In this document: positions 41,129 through 52,870 of the stretch, one piece after another
Layout of the letters: each line of letters starts with the position of its first letter
Numbering within the stretch: position 1 is the first letter of the stretch
From: an uncultured Gammaproteobacteria bacterium
Lineage (GTDB): Bacteria > Pseudomonadota > Gammaproteobacteria > UBA9214
Assembly (NCBI GenBank): GCA_963773065.1
Contig: CAVYZN010000005.1
Coordinates: forward strand, 1 to 64,000
Direction: 5' to 3'
DNA: 64,000 nt
Made by a program: the position numbers and the translations under genes
Notes under the pieces: model-generated
Seen by the model: only the letters and a program-made list of their open reading frames with translations
Told to the model about the DNA's origin: nothing
The model's database searches: none

Positions 41129-41492
41129 CAGGCGCATCGCTCTCGCTCCGCCGCTTACGGCATCCTCGGTAACTGCTCCTGCGTTACCCTACCTCCTGCA
41201 TCCCTGCAGTCGTGCCTTCCGCGACACTTGCACCTCCCTGTGCATCGGTCGCTACGGGCATACTACCCTCCCGCGACACTCGCACATCCCTGTGCATCGT
41301 CCCTGCGCTTCGCGATGATGGACAGGACGTCCGAATGTCGCGGAGCATAGGACGTGCGAGAGCGACTGTACCTACATCCCTGTGGGCGCATCGCTCCCGC
41401 GCTTCCCTGCGCTCCGCGATGTACCTACATCCCTTACGGCGCATCGCTCCCGCGCCTCCCTGCGCTTCGCGATGTACCTACATCCCTGTAGG
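41129..41492. repeat. Repeat mosaic with 53-bp tandem units (41367, 41420, partial at 41473)
   Basis: Unit TGTACCTACATCCCT...GCGCATCGCTCCCGCGC(T/C)TCCCTGCGCT(C/T)CGCGA, plus recurring CATCCCTG motifs. Confidence 0.8.
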
Positions 41493-41529
41493 CAAAAAAA
41501 TGCCCGCGCAATGCACAGGCATCCTGGTC

Positions 41530-41605
41530 TGGTGGGCCGTGTAGGAATCGAACCTACAACCAATGGATTAAGAGTCCACTGCTCTACCAATTGAGCTAAC
41601 GACCC
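41530..41605 (-). tRNA. tRNA-Lys(CTT)
   Basis: Anticodon loop CTCTTAA, CCA end. Confidence 0.95.
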
Positions 41606-41687
41606 GAAAGCCGGTATTGGATCACACAGGCAGGAGGGGTTCAAGTTTGAAGTCGGCTACCACCCAGCGTGGGCAAGGACGGAAAAA

Positions 41688-41764
41688 TGGGGTGGACGAT
41701 GGGACTCGAACCCACGACGACTGGAATCACAATCCAGGACTCTACCAACTGAGCTACGTCCACC
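41688..41764 (-). tRNA. tRNA-His(GTG)
   Basis: Anticodon loop TTGTGAT, CCA end. Confidence 0.95.
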
Positions 41765-41807
41765 ATCGAGCTGTTATCGCACGGCACTCACTCGGCACGG
41801 GCTGATT

Positions 41808-41884
41808 TGGCGCGCCCGGCAGGGCTCGAACCTGCAACCGTCGGCTTAGAAGGCCGGTGCTCTATCCGGTTGAGCTACGGGCGC
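41808..41884 (-). tRNA. tRNA-Arg(TCT)
   Basis: Anticodon loop CTTCTAA, CCA end. Confidence 0.95.
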
Positions 41885-41931
41885 CAGTCCCTTTGCCCGG
41901 TCCCCGCGACTTGCTGCGCCCCAGCAAAGAC

Positions 41932-42008
41932 TGGTCGGGGTAGAGGGATTTGAACCCCCGACATCCTGCTCCCAAAGCAGGCGCGCTACCAGACTGCGCT
42001 ATACCCCG
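41932..42008 (-). tRNA. tRNA-Pro(TGG)
   Basis: Anticodon loop TTTGGGA, CCA end. Confidence 0.95.
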
Positions 42009-42147
42009 TTGTAACGATGCATACACGAAGCCATGCCGGACCTTATCGTCCTTGCTGAGCGTCGTTATGGTACGTGCAACCCCAATAGGCGTCAATTAGC
42101 GCCTGTGTATGCCGCGCGCGGGCGATGCCCGCGGGAATTCCCGGAGA

Positions 42148-43549
42148 TTATTTGCGGCGCCAGCGGGTGCCCTCCGCCCCGTCTTCGAGTACGATGCCCT
42201 GCGCATCCAGCGCATCCCGGATCCGGTCTGCCTCGGCCCAGTTTCTGGCTTCCCTGGCACGGATACGCTGCGCAACCAGGGCATCAATATCGGTTTCGGT
42301 TAACGCCGCCGCGGCACCCGCGCCGGCATGATGCCTGGAGGAAGGCCGCGGGCTCGGCCTGCAGCAATCCGAGTAGGCCCCCCAGCTCGCGCAGGCAGCC
42401 GGCCAGTGCCGCTGCCCTGTCTGTGTCCGTTTCCCTGTTTCTGTTGATTTCCTTTGCGATTTCAAAAAGTACCGCAAGGGCTTCCGGTGTGTTGAAATCG
42501 TCATTCATGGCCCGGTGAAAACTGTCCGCAAAGTCCCCCCGGGACGACGTTCCCCTGCCGGGCGCAAGGCCGCGCAGCGCCGTGTAGAGGCGCGTCAACG
42601 CCGCCCTGGCGTTATCCAAATTCTCCTGCGAATAATCGAGCGGACTACGGTAGTGGCTGGCAAGGATGAAGTAGCGCACCTCCTCGGCGCGGTAGCGCTG
42701 CAGGATTTCCCTGACCGTGAAGAAATTGCCCAATGACTTGGACATCTTCTCCTCATCCACCTTGACGAAGCCGTTGTGCATCCAGTAATTGACGAATGGT
42801 TCGCCGTTAGCCGCTTCCGACTGGGCAATCTCGTTCTCATGGTGCGGAAACTTGAGATCCATGCCGCCGCCGTGGATATCGAAATGGGCGCCGAGACAAC
42901 CGGTTGACATGGCGGAACACTCGATATGCCAACCCGGCCGGCCATTGCCCCAGGGTGAACTCCAACTGGGTTCTCCCGGCTTGGCCGCCTTCCAGAGCAC
43001 GAAATCAAGCGGATCCTCCTTGGCCTCGTCGACGGCCACCCGCTCGCCGGCGCGTAAATCTTCCAGCTTCTTGCCCGACAAGCGTCCGTAATTCTTGAAA
43101 CGGCTGACGTCGTAATAGACGTCACCGTTGTTACCCGAATAGGCATAACCCTTCTCCATCAGGGTTTTGATCATGACGAGGATTTCATCCATCGATGCGG
43201 TGGCGCGCGGTTCCAAGTCCGGATCCAGTACGCCCAGCGCGGCGGCGTCTTCGTGCATGATGGCGATGAAGCGCGCGGTGAGGTCCTGTATCCGTTCACC
43301 GTTTTCATGGGCGCGCTTGATGATCTTGTCGTCGATATCGGTGATGTTGCGCACATAGGTCACTTCATACCCGAGATGGCGCAGGTAGCGGGTCACGATA
43401 TCAAACACCACCATGACCCGCGCATGACCCAGATGACAGTAGTCATAGACCGTCATACCGCAAACGTACATGCGAACCTTGCCCTCCTCGATGGGGACAA
43501 AGGTTTCCTTGTTGCCGCTCAGGCTGTTGTAGATCTTGATGACTTGCAT
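42148..43549 (-). CDS. cysS: Cysteine-tRNA ligase (frameshift near 42332)
   Basis: [27 protein letters not shown]. The C-terminus WAEADRIRD is in another frame. Confidence 0.96.
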
Positions 43550-43692
43550 CGAAGTGGACGGCTACGGATTCGGGGACCGATGGGCGCGGCCATGGTAGCG
43601 GAAAGCACGGCGGGAATCATCCCCGCGGGCTTGTAAAGGCGGCCAAAGATTATATGATTGCCCGACTACTGACTGCTAACCGGGAGTATGAA

Positions 43693-44289
43693 ATGAAACG
43701 CGTATCCGCAATGTTCCTGTCCGTCATGCTGGGTTTTATGCCGGCTGCCGGATTTTCATCTGAGAATTCTTCAAAAGGAGTAGGCCTCGTGACCGTTCGC
43801 ATGGAAACTAGCAAAGGGGTAATCACACTGGAACTGGATGGAGACAAGGCGCCGGAGACGGTGGCCAACTTTGTGGCTTACGCCAAATCCGGCTTCTACG
43901 ACGGCACGATTTTCCATCGCGTTATACCCGGCTTCATGATTCAGGGTGGCGGCTTCACCACCGACATGAAGCAGAAGGCGACCCGGTCTTCGGTCAAGAA
44001 CGAAGCCGGCAACGGGCTGAAGAATGCCACCGGTACGATCGCCATGGCCCGCACCAGCGATCCGCATTCGGCCACTGCCCAGTTCTTCATCAATGTCAAG
44101 GATAACGGCTTCCTCGACCATTCCACGCCGACACCGCAAGGCTGGGGCTATTGCGTGTTCGGCAAGGTGACAGATGGCATGGATGTGGTGCATGCCATCG
44201 AACACGTCCAGACCGGTAACCGTGCCGGTTTCCAGGACGTCCCGCTTTCGGAAGTTGTCATCAACAAGGTGACTGTCGAGGGGAATTGA
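43693..44289 (+). CDS. Cyclophilin-type peptidyl-prolyl isomerase (PpiA/PpiB) with N-terminal signal-like segment
   Basis: [23 protein letters not shown]. Sits at the usual ppiB position between cysS and lpxH. Confidence 0.93.
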   Translation: MKRVSAMFLSVMLGFMPAAGFSSENSSKGVGLVTVRMETSKGVITLELDGDKAPETVANFVAYAKSGFYDGTIFHRVIPGFMIQGGGFTTDMKQKATRSSVKNEAGNGLKNATGTIAMARTSDPHSATAQFFINVKDNGFLDHSTPTPQGWGYCVFGKVTDGMDVVHAIEHVQTGNRAGFQDVPLSEVVINKVTVEGN

Positions 44290-44306
44290 CACGACGCCCT
44301 GGCGAC

Positions 44307-45035
44307 ATGACGAGCACCCTGTTCGTCTCCGACCTGCATCTCGATGCATCACGGCCGGAGATCACGCGGCTGTTTCTTGATTTTCTCGGGACACGCGGCC
44401 GGGAGGCCGATGCCGTCTACATCCTCGGCGACCTGTTCGAGGCGTGGATCGGGGATGATGACGATGCTCCCCTGAGCAATGCGGTCATGGACGGCCTGCG
44501 CGCCTGTGTTGATTCCGGCACGCCGGTGCATGTCATGCAGGGCAACCGGGATTTCCTGATCGGGGCGCAGTTCGCCGTCCGGACCGGTTGCCGGCTGCTC
44601 GGCGACCCGGCGCGAATCGATCTCTGCGGCTCACCCACGTTGCTTATGCATGGTGACACCCTGTGCACGGATGACGCGGAGTACCTGGCATTTCGCGCCG
44701 AGGTCCGCGATCCCCGCTGGCAACAGGCATTTCTGCGGCAATCCACGGAAACGCGCCGCAAAATCGCCCGGGATCTGCGCGCCACCAGCCGAACCCGCGT
44801 TGCGGAAAAACCCGAAACCATACGGGACGTCAATCAGGAAACGGTGGTCCGGGTGATGACCGAGCACGGCGTTCAGCAACTGATCCATGGGCATACTCAT
44901 CGCCCGGCGATTCATGAGATCGAAGTGGCAGGCAGACCCGCCCGGCGGATCGTGCTCGGGGACTGGTACCGGCAGGGCAGCCTGCTGGAATGCACGCCGC
45001 AAGGGTGCCGGTTACGGGGCATCATGCCCGCCTGA
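44307..45035 (+). CDS. lpxH: UDP-2,3-diacylglucosamine hydrolase
   Basis: SDLHL, GDLFEAWIGDD, GNRDF, HGHTH, LGDW. Confidence 0.95.
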   Translation: MTSTLFVSDLHLDASRPEITRLFLDFLGTRGREADAVYILGDLFEAWIGDDDDAPLSNAVMDGLRACVDSGTPVHVMQGNRDFLIGAQFAVRTGCRLLGDPARIDLCGSPTLLMHGDTLCTDDAEYLAFRAEVRDPRWQQAFLRQSTETRRKIARDLRATSRTRVAEKPETIRDVNQETVVRVMTEHGVQQLIHGHTHRPAIHEIEVAGRPARRIVLGDWYRQGSLLECTPQGCRLRGIMPA

Positions 45036-45114
45036 GGCCGCAGGCCGTGCAGAACGTAAGGCATGGGAACGCCGTCATCGCGTGTTCCGTTCCACCTGGC
45101 TTTGCCTGGTTAGT

Positions 45115-46375
45115 CTATCCCTGGGAACCAGCCCGGCCGGCATTCAGAGCGATGACCATATCCGTAACGTTGGTGCCGGTCGGCCCGGTGGTGATGAGGT
45201 CGCCACTCGCCGCGAGAAAACTCCCGGCATCGGCGGCTTGCAGGCACTGCAGCGCATCCAGACCGCCGGCCGTTCCACGGGCAACCGTCTTTGGGTCCAC
45301 CACGGCGCCGGCCGCAGCGGTTGGCCCATCCGTGCCATCCGTGCCGGCGGCCAGCAAGACGAGCGTGTCATGTTGCTGCATCCGCGTGGCGGCAGAGAGC
45401 GCCAGGCTCTGGCAACGCCCGCCCCGGCCGGGCCGTGCGGGCAGTCTGACGGTGGTTTCCCCGCCCCACAGATAAATACCGGGGGGCTTGTCCGCCAAAT
45501 ATTCAACGATCGCCCGGCCCGCCTGCACGGCGTCGCCGGCAAGTCTGGATGCAACGATGCTTGCCGGGTAATGCAGACGCCGGGCATGAGCGGCGGCCGC
45601 CTCCAGCGCATCTTCAAGCCGGGCGATTATGTAATGACCCACCGGCTTGAAACAGGCCGCATCGGGTTCGCCGGTTACCCCAAATTGAACCACAAGCGCC
45701 GTAAGCCACGGCGGCAGTTGGGAGGTATCCGGCGGTTTTGCAGCGGCTGGATACAGCAATCCGGATCCGATCAGCGCGGGGTCGTCACCGCCCACATCGG
45801 AAATCATGAGGGCACGGGTGTTTCTGCCTTCCAGCCATCTCGCCAGGCGGCCGCCCTTGATGCAGGAAAGCGCTTGCCGGATCCGGTTGATCTGCACCGA
45901 TCGGCAGACCGCTGCCGAGCAGCCAGTGATTCACCTGCTGCAGCGTGGCGAGCGTCATGCCGGCCGGCGGCACTTCGACCAGGCTCGAGGTGCCGCCCGA
46001 GATAAGGAACAGCAGTTCGGCATCGCCCGGGGCAGTTTCCAGAAAGCGGAGCAGGGCATCACCGGCGGCAAGACTGCCGCGATCCGGTATCGGGTGACCG
46101 GCTTCGAGGCAGGTGAAACGGCGATCATTCGCCAGATTGTCATCCGTATGTCCCGGTTTTGATACGACCAGAGCGCGCCGCAGCCGATCACCCAGGACAT
46201 CCACGGCACCGGCCGCCATCGCGCCCGCGGCTTTTCCCGTGGCGACCAGGAACACCGGGCGTGTCGGCGGATGCACCGACAGAAAAGCGGCCGTGCGGCG
46301 ACGGCCATCGACGGCCTGCAGGGCAGACGCGAAGATCGCCCGCAGGTCAGCGCGCGCCACCTCGAATGAGTTCAT
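45115..46375 (-). CDS. Glycerate 2-kinase type (DUF4147/MOFRL), frameshift near 45897
   Basis: GKAA, AGHPIPD, ISGGTSSL, IKGGRL, GGETTV, TGPTGTNVTD. Confidence 0.9.
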
Positions 46376-46488
46376 GCGGGTGCGTGTGTGCTGGAAGGGA
46401 ATAAAGCCTCGATCGGGCACGACGCCGCCATCAGCGCGAGGCTTCGTCGCACGCCAGTCGTCGCCGGTACCGGGATTCCATAAGCGCC

Positions 46489-47682
46489 TCAGCGGCGAAT
46501 GGCTGCGAACCCCCGGGCAAGGTCGGCTTGCAGGTCGGTGACGGACTCCAGACCGACCGCGAGCCGTATCAAGCCATCCGAGATCCCGGCCGTCGCGCGT
46601 TGTTCCGGCGTCAGACGGCCATGAGTCGTCGTGGCCGGGTGTGTGATCGTGCTCTTGGCATCCCCCAGATTGGCGGTAATGGAAAACACCCGGGTGGCGT
46701 CGATCATGGCCCAGGCGTTTTCCTTCCCGCCCTTCACCTCAAAGGAAACGATACCCCCGAATCCCCGCTGCTGGCGGGCGGCGAGTGCGTGCTGCGGGTG
46801 TGATTCAAGCCCGGGATGATAGACACGCGCCACCTCCGCTTGTTGTTCAAGCCACCTGGCCAGCACCAGCGCGCCGGCGCTGTGGGCCTGCATCCGTAGC
46901 GACAGCGTCTCCAGCCCTTTGAGGAAAACCCAGGCATTGAACGGGCTCATGGTCGGACCCGCCGTGCGCAGGAAACCGTAGACCTCCTTGCCGACACGCT
47001 CGGTGTCGCCGACCACCGCCCCGCCGATGCACCGGCCCTGCCCGTCCAGATACTTGGTGGCCGAGTGGATGACGATATCGGCGCCTAGTTCCAGGGGCCG
47101 CTGCAGGGCCGGCGTACAGAAGCAGTTGTCCACGGCCAGGAGACAGCCCCTGGCGTGCGCGAGATCCGCCAGCCGGCGGATATCGGCCAGTTCCATGAGC
47201 GGGTTGGAGGGCGTTTCGATGAACAACAGCCGGGTTTCCGGCCGTATCGCCTCCGCCCATGCGTTCAGGTCCGCCAGCGGCACGAAGGTGGTAGCAATAC
47301 CGAACTTTGCCAGATACGTGGTAAACAGGACCGTGGTCGTGCCGAAGATGCTGCGCGAGGAAACAATATGGTCGCCGCCCTTGAGCAGACCGGCGCAGGT
47401 CGAGAAGATGGCCGCCATGCCCGAGGCGGTCGCCACACAGCAGGCACCGCCTTCCAGGGACGCCAGCCGCTGCTCGAAGGTGCGCACCGTCGGGTTGGTG
47501 AAACGGGAATAGATATTGCCGGGCTGTTCGCCGGAGAAGCGCGCCGCCGCCTCGGCCGCACTGGCGAAGACATAGCTCGAGGTCGGGAATATCGCCTCCG
47601 CGTGTTCACCTTCGTGGGTACGCTGCTGGCCGGCGCGAACCGCCCTGGTCTCGAAGGCCAGATCGTCATTTGCTGTCGACAT
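46489..47682 (-). CDS. metZ: O-succinylhomoserine sulfhydrylase
   Basis: YSRFTNPT, HSATKYLDGQGR, downstream of purF. Confidence 0.93.
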   Translation of the reverse strand: MSTANDDLAFETRAVRAGQQRTHEGEHAEAIFPTSSYVFASAAEAAARFSGEQPGNIYSRFTNPTVRTFEQRLASLEGGACCVATASGMAAIFSTCAGLLKGGDHIVSSRSIFGTTTVLFTTYLAKFGIATTFVPLADLNAWAEAIRPETRLLFIETPSNPLMELADIRRLADLAHARGCLLAVDNCFCTPALQRPLELGADIVIHSATKYLDGQGRCIGGAVVGDTERVGKEVYGFLRTAGPTMSPFNAWVFLKGLETLSLRMQAHSAGALVLARWLEQQAEVARVYHPGLESHPQHALAARQQRGFGGIVSFEVKGGKENAWAMIDATRVFSITANLGDAKSTITHPATTTHGRLTPEQRATAGISDGLIRLAVGLESVTDLQADLARGFAAIRR

Positions 47683-47701
47683 GTCAACGGCGAATCCGCT
47701 C

Positions 47702-49213
47702 TCAGGCGGTATTGTGCAGATCGATGACCTCGTCCTCGTTGTCACGCCGCTCCTTCTTGGCGGCGTCACTCCGGCTGGTCTGCAGGTCACTGAGGTAGTC
47801 AACCCCGATATCGCCGGTAATGTACTCGCCGGTGAAGACCGAGGCGTCGAAGCGTTCGATCGACGGGTTACCCTTCGCGACGGCATCGATCAGATCATCG
47901 AGATCCTGGTAGATTAGCCAGTCGGCCCCGATGGCACGGCACACCTCCTCCTCGCTGCGGGCGTGTGCAATCAGCTCGTCACTGGCCGGCATGTCGATCC
48001 CGTAGACGTTCGGATAGCGCACCGGCGGCGCGGCGGATGCAAAATACACCTTGCGGGCACCGGCATCCCGCGCCATCTGGATGATTTCCAACGATGTCGT
48101 TCCGCGCACCACCGAATCGTCAACCAGCATCACGTTCTTGCCCCTGAATTCCAGATCGATGGCATTCAGTTTCTGGCGCACCGACTTCGTGCGCTGCTGC
48201 TGTCCCGGCATGATGAAGGTCCTGCCGATGTAGCGATTCTTGATAAAACCCTCGCGATAGGTAAGACCGAGGTGATTGGCCAGCTGCAGCGCCGAGGTTC
48301 GACTGGTATCCGGGATTGGAATAACCACGTCGATATCATGATCGGGGCGCACGCGCTGGATTTTCTTGGCCAGCTTTTCCCCCATTCTCAGGCGCGCCTT
48401 GTAGACGGAGACGTTGTCGATGATGGAATCCGGCCGCGCCAGGTAGACATACTCGAAAATACAGGGTGACTTGATGGTTTTTGCAGCGCACTGGCGGGTA
48501 TGGATGCGGCCCTGCATATCGAAAAAGACCGCCTCACCCGGTTCAACGTCGCGCAGCAGTTCAAATCCCAGCGCATCCAGGGCCACACTCTCGGATGCCG
48601 CCATGTACTCGGTGCCCTGCGCCGTTTGCCGTTTGCCAAACACGAGCGGGCGGATACCGAAGGGGTCGCGGAAAGCAAGCACACCATAGCCGGTAATCAT
48701 GGCAACGGCGGCATAGGCGCCCTGGCAGCGTTTGTGGACGCCGGCAACGGCAGCGAAAACGTCATCCAGTTCCATGCGCAGCTTGCCCCGCTTTTGCAAC
48801 TCGTGGGCAACGACGTTCAGCAGGACTTCGGAGTCCGAATCGGTATTGATCTGACGCAAGTCTTCCTGAAACACTTCCTGCTTCAGCTTGTTGGCGTTGG
48901 TGAGATTGCCGTTGTGAGCGAGGCAGATGCCGTAGGGGGAATTGACATAAAACGGCTGCGCCTCGGCGGAACTTTCGCAACCCGCCGTCGGATAGCGCAC
49001 GTGACCGATACCCATGTTGCCGTGCAGATGAAGCATGTGCCGGGTATGGAAGACATCACGCACCAGGCCATTGTCCTTGCGCAAATACAGGCGGCCGCCA
49101 TCACAAGTCATGATACCCGCCGCATCCTGGCCCCGGTGCTGCAGTACGGTCAGACCATCATAGATCGACTGGTTAACCGGGCCGTAAGCAACAATGCCTA
49201 TGATGCCGCACAT
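47702..49213 (-). CDS. purF: Amidophosphoribosyltransferase
   Basis: [25 protein letters not shown]. Confidence 0.98.
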   Translation of the reverse strand: MCGIIGIVAYGPVNQSIYDGLTVLQHRGQDAAGIMTCDGGRLYLRKDNGLVRDVFHTRHMLHLHGNMGIGHVRYPTAGCESSAEAQPFYVNSPYGICLAHNGNLTNANKLKQEVFQEDLRQINTDSDSEVLLNVVAHELQKRGKLRMELDDVFAAVAGVHKRCQGAYAAVAMITGYGVLAFRDPFGIRPLVFGKRQTAQGTEYMAASESVALDALGFELLRDVEPGEAVFFDMQGRIHTRQCAAKTIKSPCIFEYVYLARPDSIIDNVSVYKARLRMGEKLAKKIQRVRPDHDIDVVIPIPDTSRTSALQLANHLGLTYREGFIKNRYIGRTFIMPGQQQRTKSVRQKLNAIDLEFRGKNVMLVDDSVVRGTTSLEIIQMARDAGARKVYFASAAPPVRYPNVYGIDMPASDELIAHARSEEEVCRAIGADWLIYQDLDDLIDAVAKGNPSIERFDASVFTGEYITGDIGVDYLSDLQTSRSDAAKKERRDNEDEVIDLHNTA

Positions 49214-49247
49214 GGCCGACTCTCAGTTACCATAGACATGGGATCAG

Positions 49248-49739
49248 TTAGACGTACGAAATGTTGTCCGAGATTTCCTTGGGTAGATAACCGCGCACCC
49301 ACATCGCAAAGTCTTGGAAATATTTCAGCAACTGGGAATCCTGCCACCAATGATCATGCGGCAAGGGTGTCAGGCCGGCGAGCAGAACCAGGATGGCGAC
49401 GATGACGGCCCCGCGAACCATTCCGAACACCACACCGAGCATCCGGTCGGTACCGGCCAGCCCGGTTTTAGCCACCAGCTTGCTCGCCAGGTAATTGACG
49501 GCCGCTCCAAGCAGCAGGACGGTGATGAACAGGATGCTGAAGGCGAGAATTTTCTGGAGTGAGGGCTCCGATATCCATTTCGCCAGAACGGCAGCCACAT
49601 CTTCATAGAAGATCATGGCGATCCAGAGAGCCACCAGCCATGAGGCAAGCGCCAATGCCTCCTTGATAAAACCGCGGAAGAGACTCAACACCGCTGACAA
49701 GACAATCAGCGCGACTATCGCAATATCAATCCAGGCCAT
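49248..49739 (-). CDS. cvpA: CvpA-family membrane protein
   Basis: RGFIKEAL, DRMLG, upstream of purF. Confidence 0.93.
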   Translation of the reverse strand: MAWIDIAIVALIVLSAVLSLFRGFIKEALALASWLVALWIAMIFYEDVAAVLAKWISEPSLQKILAFSILFITVLLLGAAVNYLASKLVAKTGLAGTDRMLGVVFGMVRGAVIVAILVLLAGLTPLPHDHWWQDSQLLKYFQDFAMWVRGYLPKEISDNISYV

Positions 49740-49862
49740 TACTGAATGTTCCTCGAACTGTACGGGCCGCTACGGAAAAGCCCATTGACTTTACATAAGA
49801 AATCCGGAAGTCGGGTATTCTAGCAGACATGCGAAGACAGTCGCCATGTAAAATCGCGGCGA

Positions 49863-50486
49863 TTATCCCTTGTTCTGCAACACCATGGCCTTGAGCTTCT
49901 GCTCACGCGCCAGTTTGTCGCGCAGCTTATCCGCTGCGCCACGGTCTTTCATCGGTCCAATCAATACCCGGTAGGCATGCCCATCTGCGCTTTTTACATC
50001 CTGCAGAAAAGCCTGATAGCCTGATTTCTTCAAACGGTCGCGCAGACTCCGGGCGTTGGGTTGCTGGCTGAAACTGCCCGCCTGAACAATCCAACCACCC
50101 CCAGGTGAGGCAGGCGCGGGCGCGGCCTTGGGCGGGGTTTCCGGCGACGGCTTCACGACGGCCGGCGGGACTACCGCCGCTTTGACGGGTTCGGCTTGTG
50201 TGGCGGGGGGTTCGGGTTCCGTGACGGAGGGTTCGGGTATCGCCGATGCCTCTTGCTCCGTTACGCTGGCAGCCGGCGCCTCGGTAGGTACGGTAGGTTC
50301 GGCCGGTTCCGCGGGCACCGGCAGTTCCACCTCCGTCTGATAGTCTATCGTCGGGGGCGGCGGCATGTCCTGGGTGCGGGGTGACAATTTATCATCCGGT
50401 CCCTCCAGTATCATGGGAATGAAGATAACTGCCAGGGAAATAAGGACGATGGCGCCAATCAGCCTTTGTTTCAGCATCTGATCCAT
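49863..50486 (-). CDS. dedD: SPOR-domain cell division protein
   Basis: LKQRLIGA TM segment, Pro-rich linker, WIVQAGSF SPOR domain. Confidence 0.88.
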   Translation of the reverse strand: MDQMLKQRLIGAIVLISLAVIFIPMILEGPDDKLSPRTQDMPPPPTIDYQTEVELPVPAEPAEPTVPTEAPAASVTEQEASAIPEPSVTEPEPPATQAEPVKAAVVPPAVVKPSPETPPKAAPAPASPGGGWIVQAGSFSQQPNARSLRDRLKKSGYQAFLQDVKSADGHAYRVLIGPMKDRGAADKLRDKLAREQKLKAMVLQNKG

Positions 50487-50538
50487 TGTCTCCTCGCATT
50501 GAATAACCCGTAATCCGGCCATTGCCGTGCCGGTGTGA

Positions 50539-51816
50539 CTATACCTTACCTGCCATTGCGGCTGCTACGGTATGAAACGAACCGCACACGACGATTCTGT
50601 CACCCTCCACGGCGTTGTCCCTGGCCCGTCGACTGGCGAGGTGCACATCCTCGCAGCGATCCACCTTTTCCTCTGGCGCCAGACCGCGCATCCGCTGATA
50701 TAGCTCATCAGCCGACAATCCGCGCGCATTATCCAGGCCGGCCAGGTACCAGTGGTCAACCCCGGATGCCAGCTCGGCCACGAACCCGCCGACATCCTTG
50801 TCTGCAAGCATCCCCAGGACGAGATGCGTTCGACCCTTGCGGGGGAACAGTCTGAGCACCTCGGCCAGACACCTTGCGCCATGGGGATTGTGGGCAACGT
50901 CAAGGATTATTTCCACCACTCCCGGGATGATCTGGCATCGACCCGGCAGTGCCACGTTCTCCAAGCCCCTACAGACCGCCGTCTCGCCGACAGGCAGACG
51001 TTCCCGCAACAATTCCAGCGCCATCAGCGCCCCGGAAGCATTCGCAAGCTGATGCGGCCCGATCAACGCCGGCAGCGGCAATCTGGCGTAGCGCCGTGAC
51101 GGTCCGCTCCAGCACCACGAGTCTTTACTCAACACATAGGTGAATTGTTCGCCGAGTCCATACCACGGCGCGCCGATTTCCCTGGCGGACTGCACCAGGC
51201 TTGCCGGAGGCGAAATCTCGCAGCTGACCGCAGGCCGCCCGTGGCGAAAAATCCCCGCCTTTTCCTGCGCAATGGACTCGCGGTCCGCGCCCAGCCATTG
51301 TACGTGATCAATCCCGATGGAGGTCACCATGGCGACATCCGGGTCAACGATATTGACGGCATCCAGCCGGCCGCCCAAGCCCACCTCCAGCAGGGCGACA
51401 TCGAGGGACGCGTCGGTAAACAGCCGCAAGGCCGCCAAGGTGCCGAATTCAAAATAGGACAATGACGTTGCCGCGCGCCGTTCATCCACTTCCTGGAATG
51501 CAACGCACAGACTGTCATCGTCAATGTCCTTGCCGTCGATGCGAATGCGCTCGTTGTAGCGCAGCAGATGGGGCGAGGTATAACTGCCGACCCGGTAACC
51601 GGCGGCCAGCAGCATGGCCTCGATCATGGCCACGCTGGAACCTTTGCCGTTGGTGCCGCCCACGGTGATGACGGTGCGCCCGGGACGTTGTACTCCCATC
51701 CGCGCGGCGACGCCGGCAACCCTGGCAAGACCCAGATCGATTTTCAGCGGATGCAATGTCTCCTGCCACTGCAACCATTCCGCCAGTGTCTTGAATCGCG
51801 GCATACGTGTCGGCAA
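50539..51816 (-). CDS. folC: Dihydrofolate/folylpolyglutamate synthase
   Basis: GTNGKGS, EVGLGGRLDA, DVAHNP. Confidence 0.96.
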   Translation of the reverse strand: MPTRMPRFKTLAEWLQWQETLHPLKIDLGLARVAGVAARMGVQRPGRTVITVGGTNGKGSSVAMIEAMLLAAGYRVGSYTSPHLLRYNERIRIDGKDIDDDSLCVAFQEVDERRAATSLSYFEFGTLAALRLFTDASLDVALLEVGLGGRLDAVNIVDPDVAMVTSIGIDHVQWLGADRESIAQEKAGIFRHGRPAVSCEISPPASLVQSAREIGAPWYGLGEQFTYVLSKDSWCWSGPSRRYARLPLPALIGPHQLANASGALMALELLRERLPVGETAVCRGLENVALPGRCQIIPGVVEIILDVAHNPHGARCLAEVLRLFPRKGRTHLVLGMLADKDVGGFVAELASGVDHWYLAGLDNARGLSADELYQRMRGLAPEEKVDRCEDVHLASRRARDNAVEGDRIVVCGSFHTVAAAMAGKV

Positions 51817-51931
51817 GCGGATATTGACGAATATCAGTACGGGAAGAAGCGCCCTGCGTGTAACCCAGGCGAAGCGCGGCGGCCGGTGCGGGTATCAGTC
51901 AGCGGGCAAGTCCGCCCTCGGGTCGCAGGAT

Positions 51932-52819
51932 TCAGGCATCGGGCAGGGCTTCGGGCACGGCCGGCGCCGGCTGGCCTGTCAGGATCCGCAGCAGGCTTAC
52001 GATTCTATCGCGCATTTCACGCCGGTCGATGATCATGTCGATCGCGCCATGCTCAAGCAGAAATTCACTGCGCTGAAACCCTTCCGGCAGCGTTTCACGC
52101 ACGGTTTGTTCGATAACGCGCGGTCCGGCAAATCCGATCAGCGCCTTGGGTTCGGCAATATTGACATCGCCCAGCATGGCGAAGCTCGCCGAAACGCCGC
52201 CCATAGTCGGATCCGTCAGCACGGAGACGTAGGGAACGCCGGCTGCCGCGAGCCGCGTCAGGGCCGCACTGGTTTTCGCCATCTGCATGAGTGCGAACAG
52301 GGCTTCCTGCATGCGGGCGCCGCCGCTGGCCGAGAAACAGACAAAGGGAATTTTATGCTCAAGACTGGTATTGACGGCGCGCACGAGACGTTCACCTACG
52401 ACGGCGCCCATGGAGCCGCCCATGAAGCGAAACTCGAAGGCGGCAGCCACCATGGGCAACCCCTCGACCGTCCCGCGCATCGCCACCAGAGCATCCGTTT
52501 CACCGGTGAGCTTCTGCGCGGCATTCAGGCGGTCGCGGTATTTCTTGCTGTCCCTGAATTTGAGCACATCGACAGGCTCAAGCCCGGCGCCGATTTCCGC
52601 GGTCGTGCCGTCATCGAAGAACATCTCCAGCCGCCGCCGTGCCCAGATGCGCATGTGGTGGCTGCACTTCGGGCAGACGTCACAATTGCGTTCCAGTTCC
52701 GAGCGGTACAGGACGGCGCCGCAGCCGTCGCACCGTATCCACAGACCCTCCGGCACCGTCCGTTTGTTCCCGCCGACGGTGCGGATTTTGGATGGCATCA
52801 GTTTCCGAAACCAGCTCAT
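51932..52819 (-). CDS. accD: Acetyl-CoA carboxylase carboxyltransferase beta
   Basis: CxxC zinc ribbon, [21 protein letters not shown]. Confidence 0.97.
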   Translation of the reverse strand: MSWFRKLMPSKIRTVGGNKRTVPEGLWIRCDGCGAVLYRSELERNCDVCPKCSHHMRIWARRRLEMFFDDGTTAEIGAGLEPVDVLKFRDSKKYRDRLNAAQKLTGETDALVAMRGTVEGLPMVAAAFEFRFMGGSMGAVVGERLVRAVNTSLEHKIPFVCFSASGGARMQEALFALMQMAKTSAALTRLAAAGVPYVSVLTDPTMGGVSASFAMLGDVNIAEPKALIGFAGPRVIEQTVRETLPEGFQRSEFLLEHGAIDMIIDRREMRDRIVSLLRILTGQPAPAVPEALPDA

Positions 52820-52870
52820 AGCCTGAATTTTACAATGTTCACGGTAGGATATTTAATAGTCTGGCGTCTG

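Noticed and set aside
41367-41492. 53-bp periodic repeats as a CRISPR array
   Set aside because: Whole units are near-identical, so there are no unique spacers. There are under three units and no cas genes.
34086-42008. tRNA genes as integration sites of a prophage or genomic island
   Set aside because: No integrase and no duplicated tRNA 3' ends were seen, and the flanking genes follow the usual core order.
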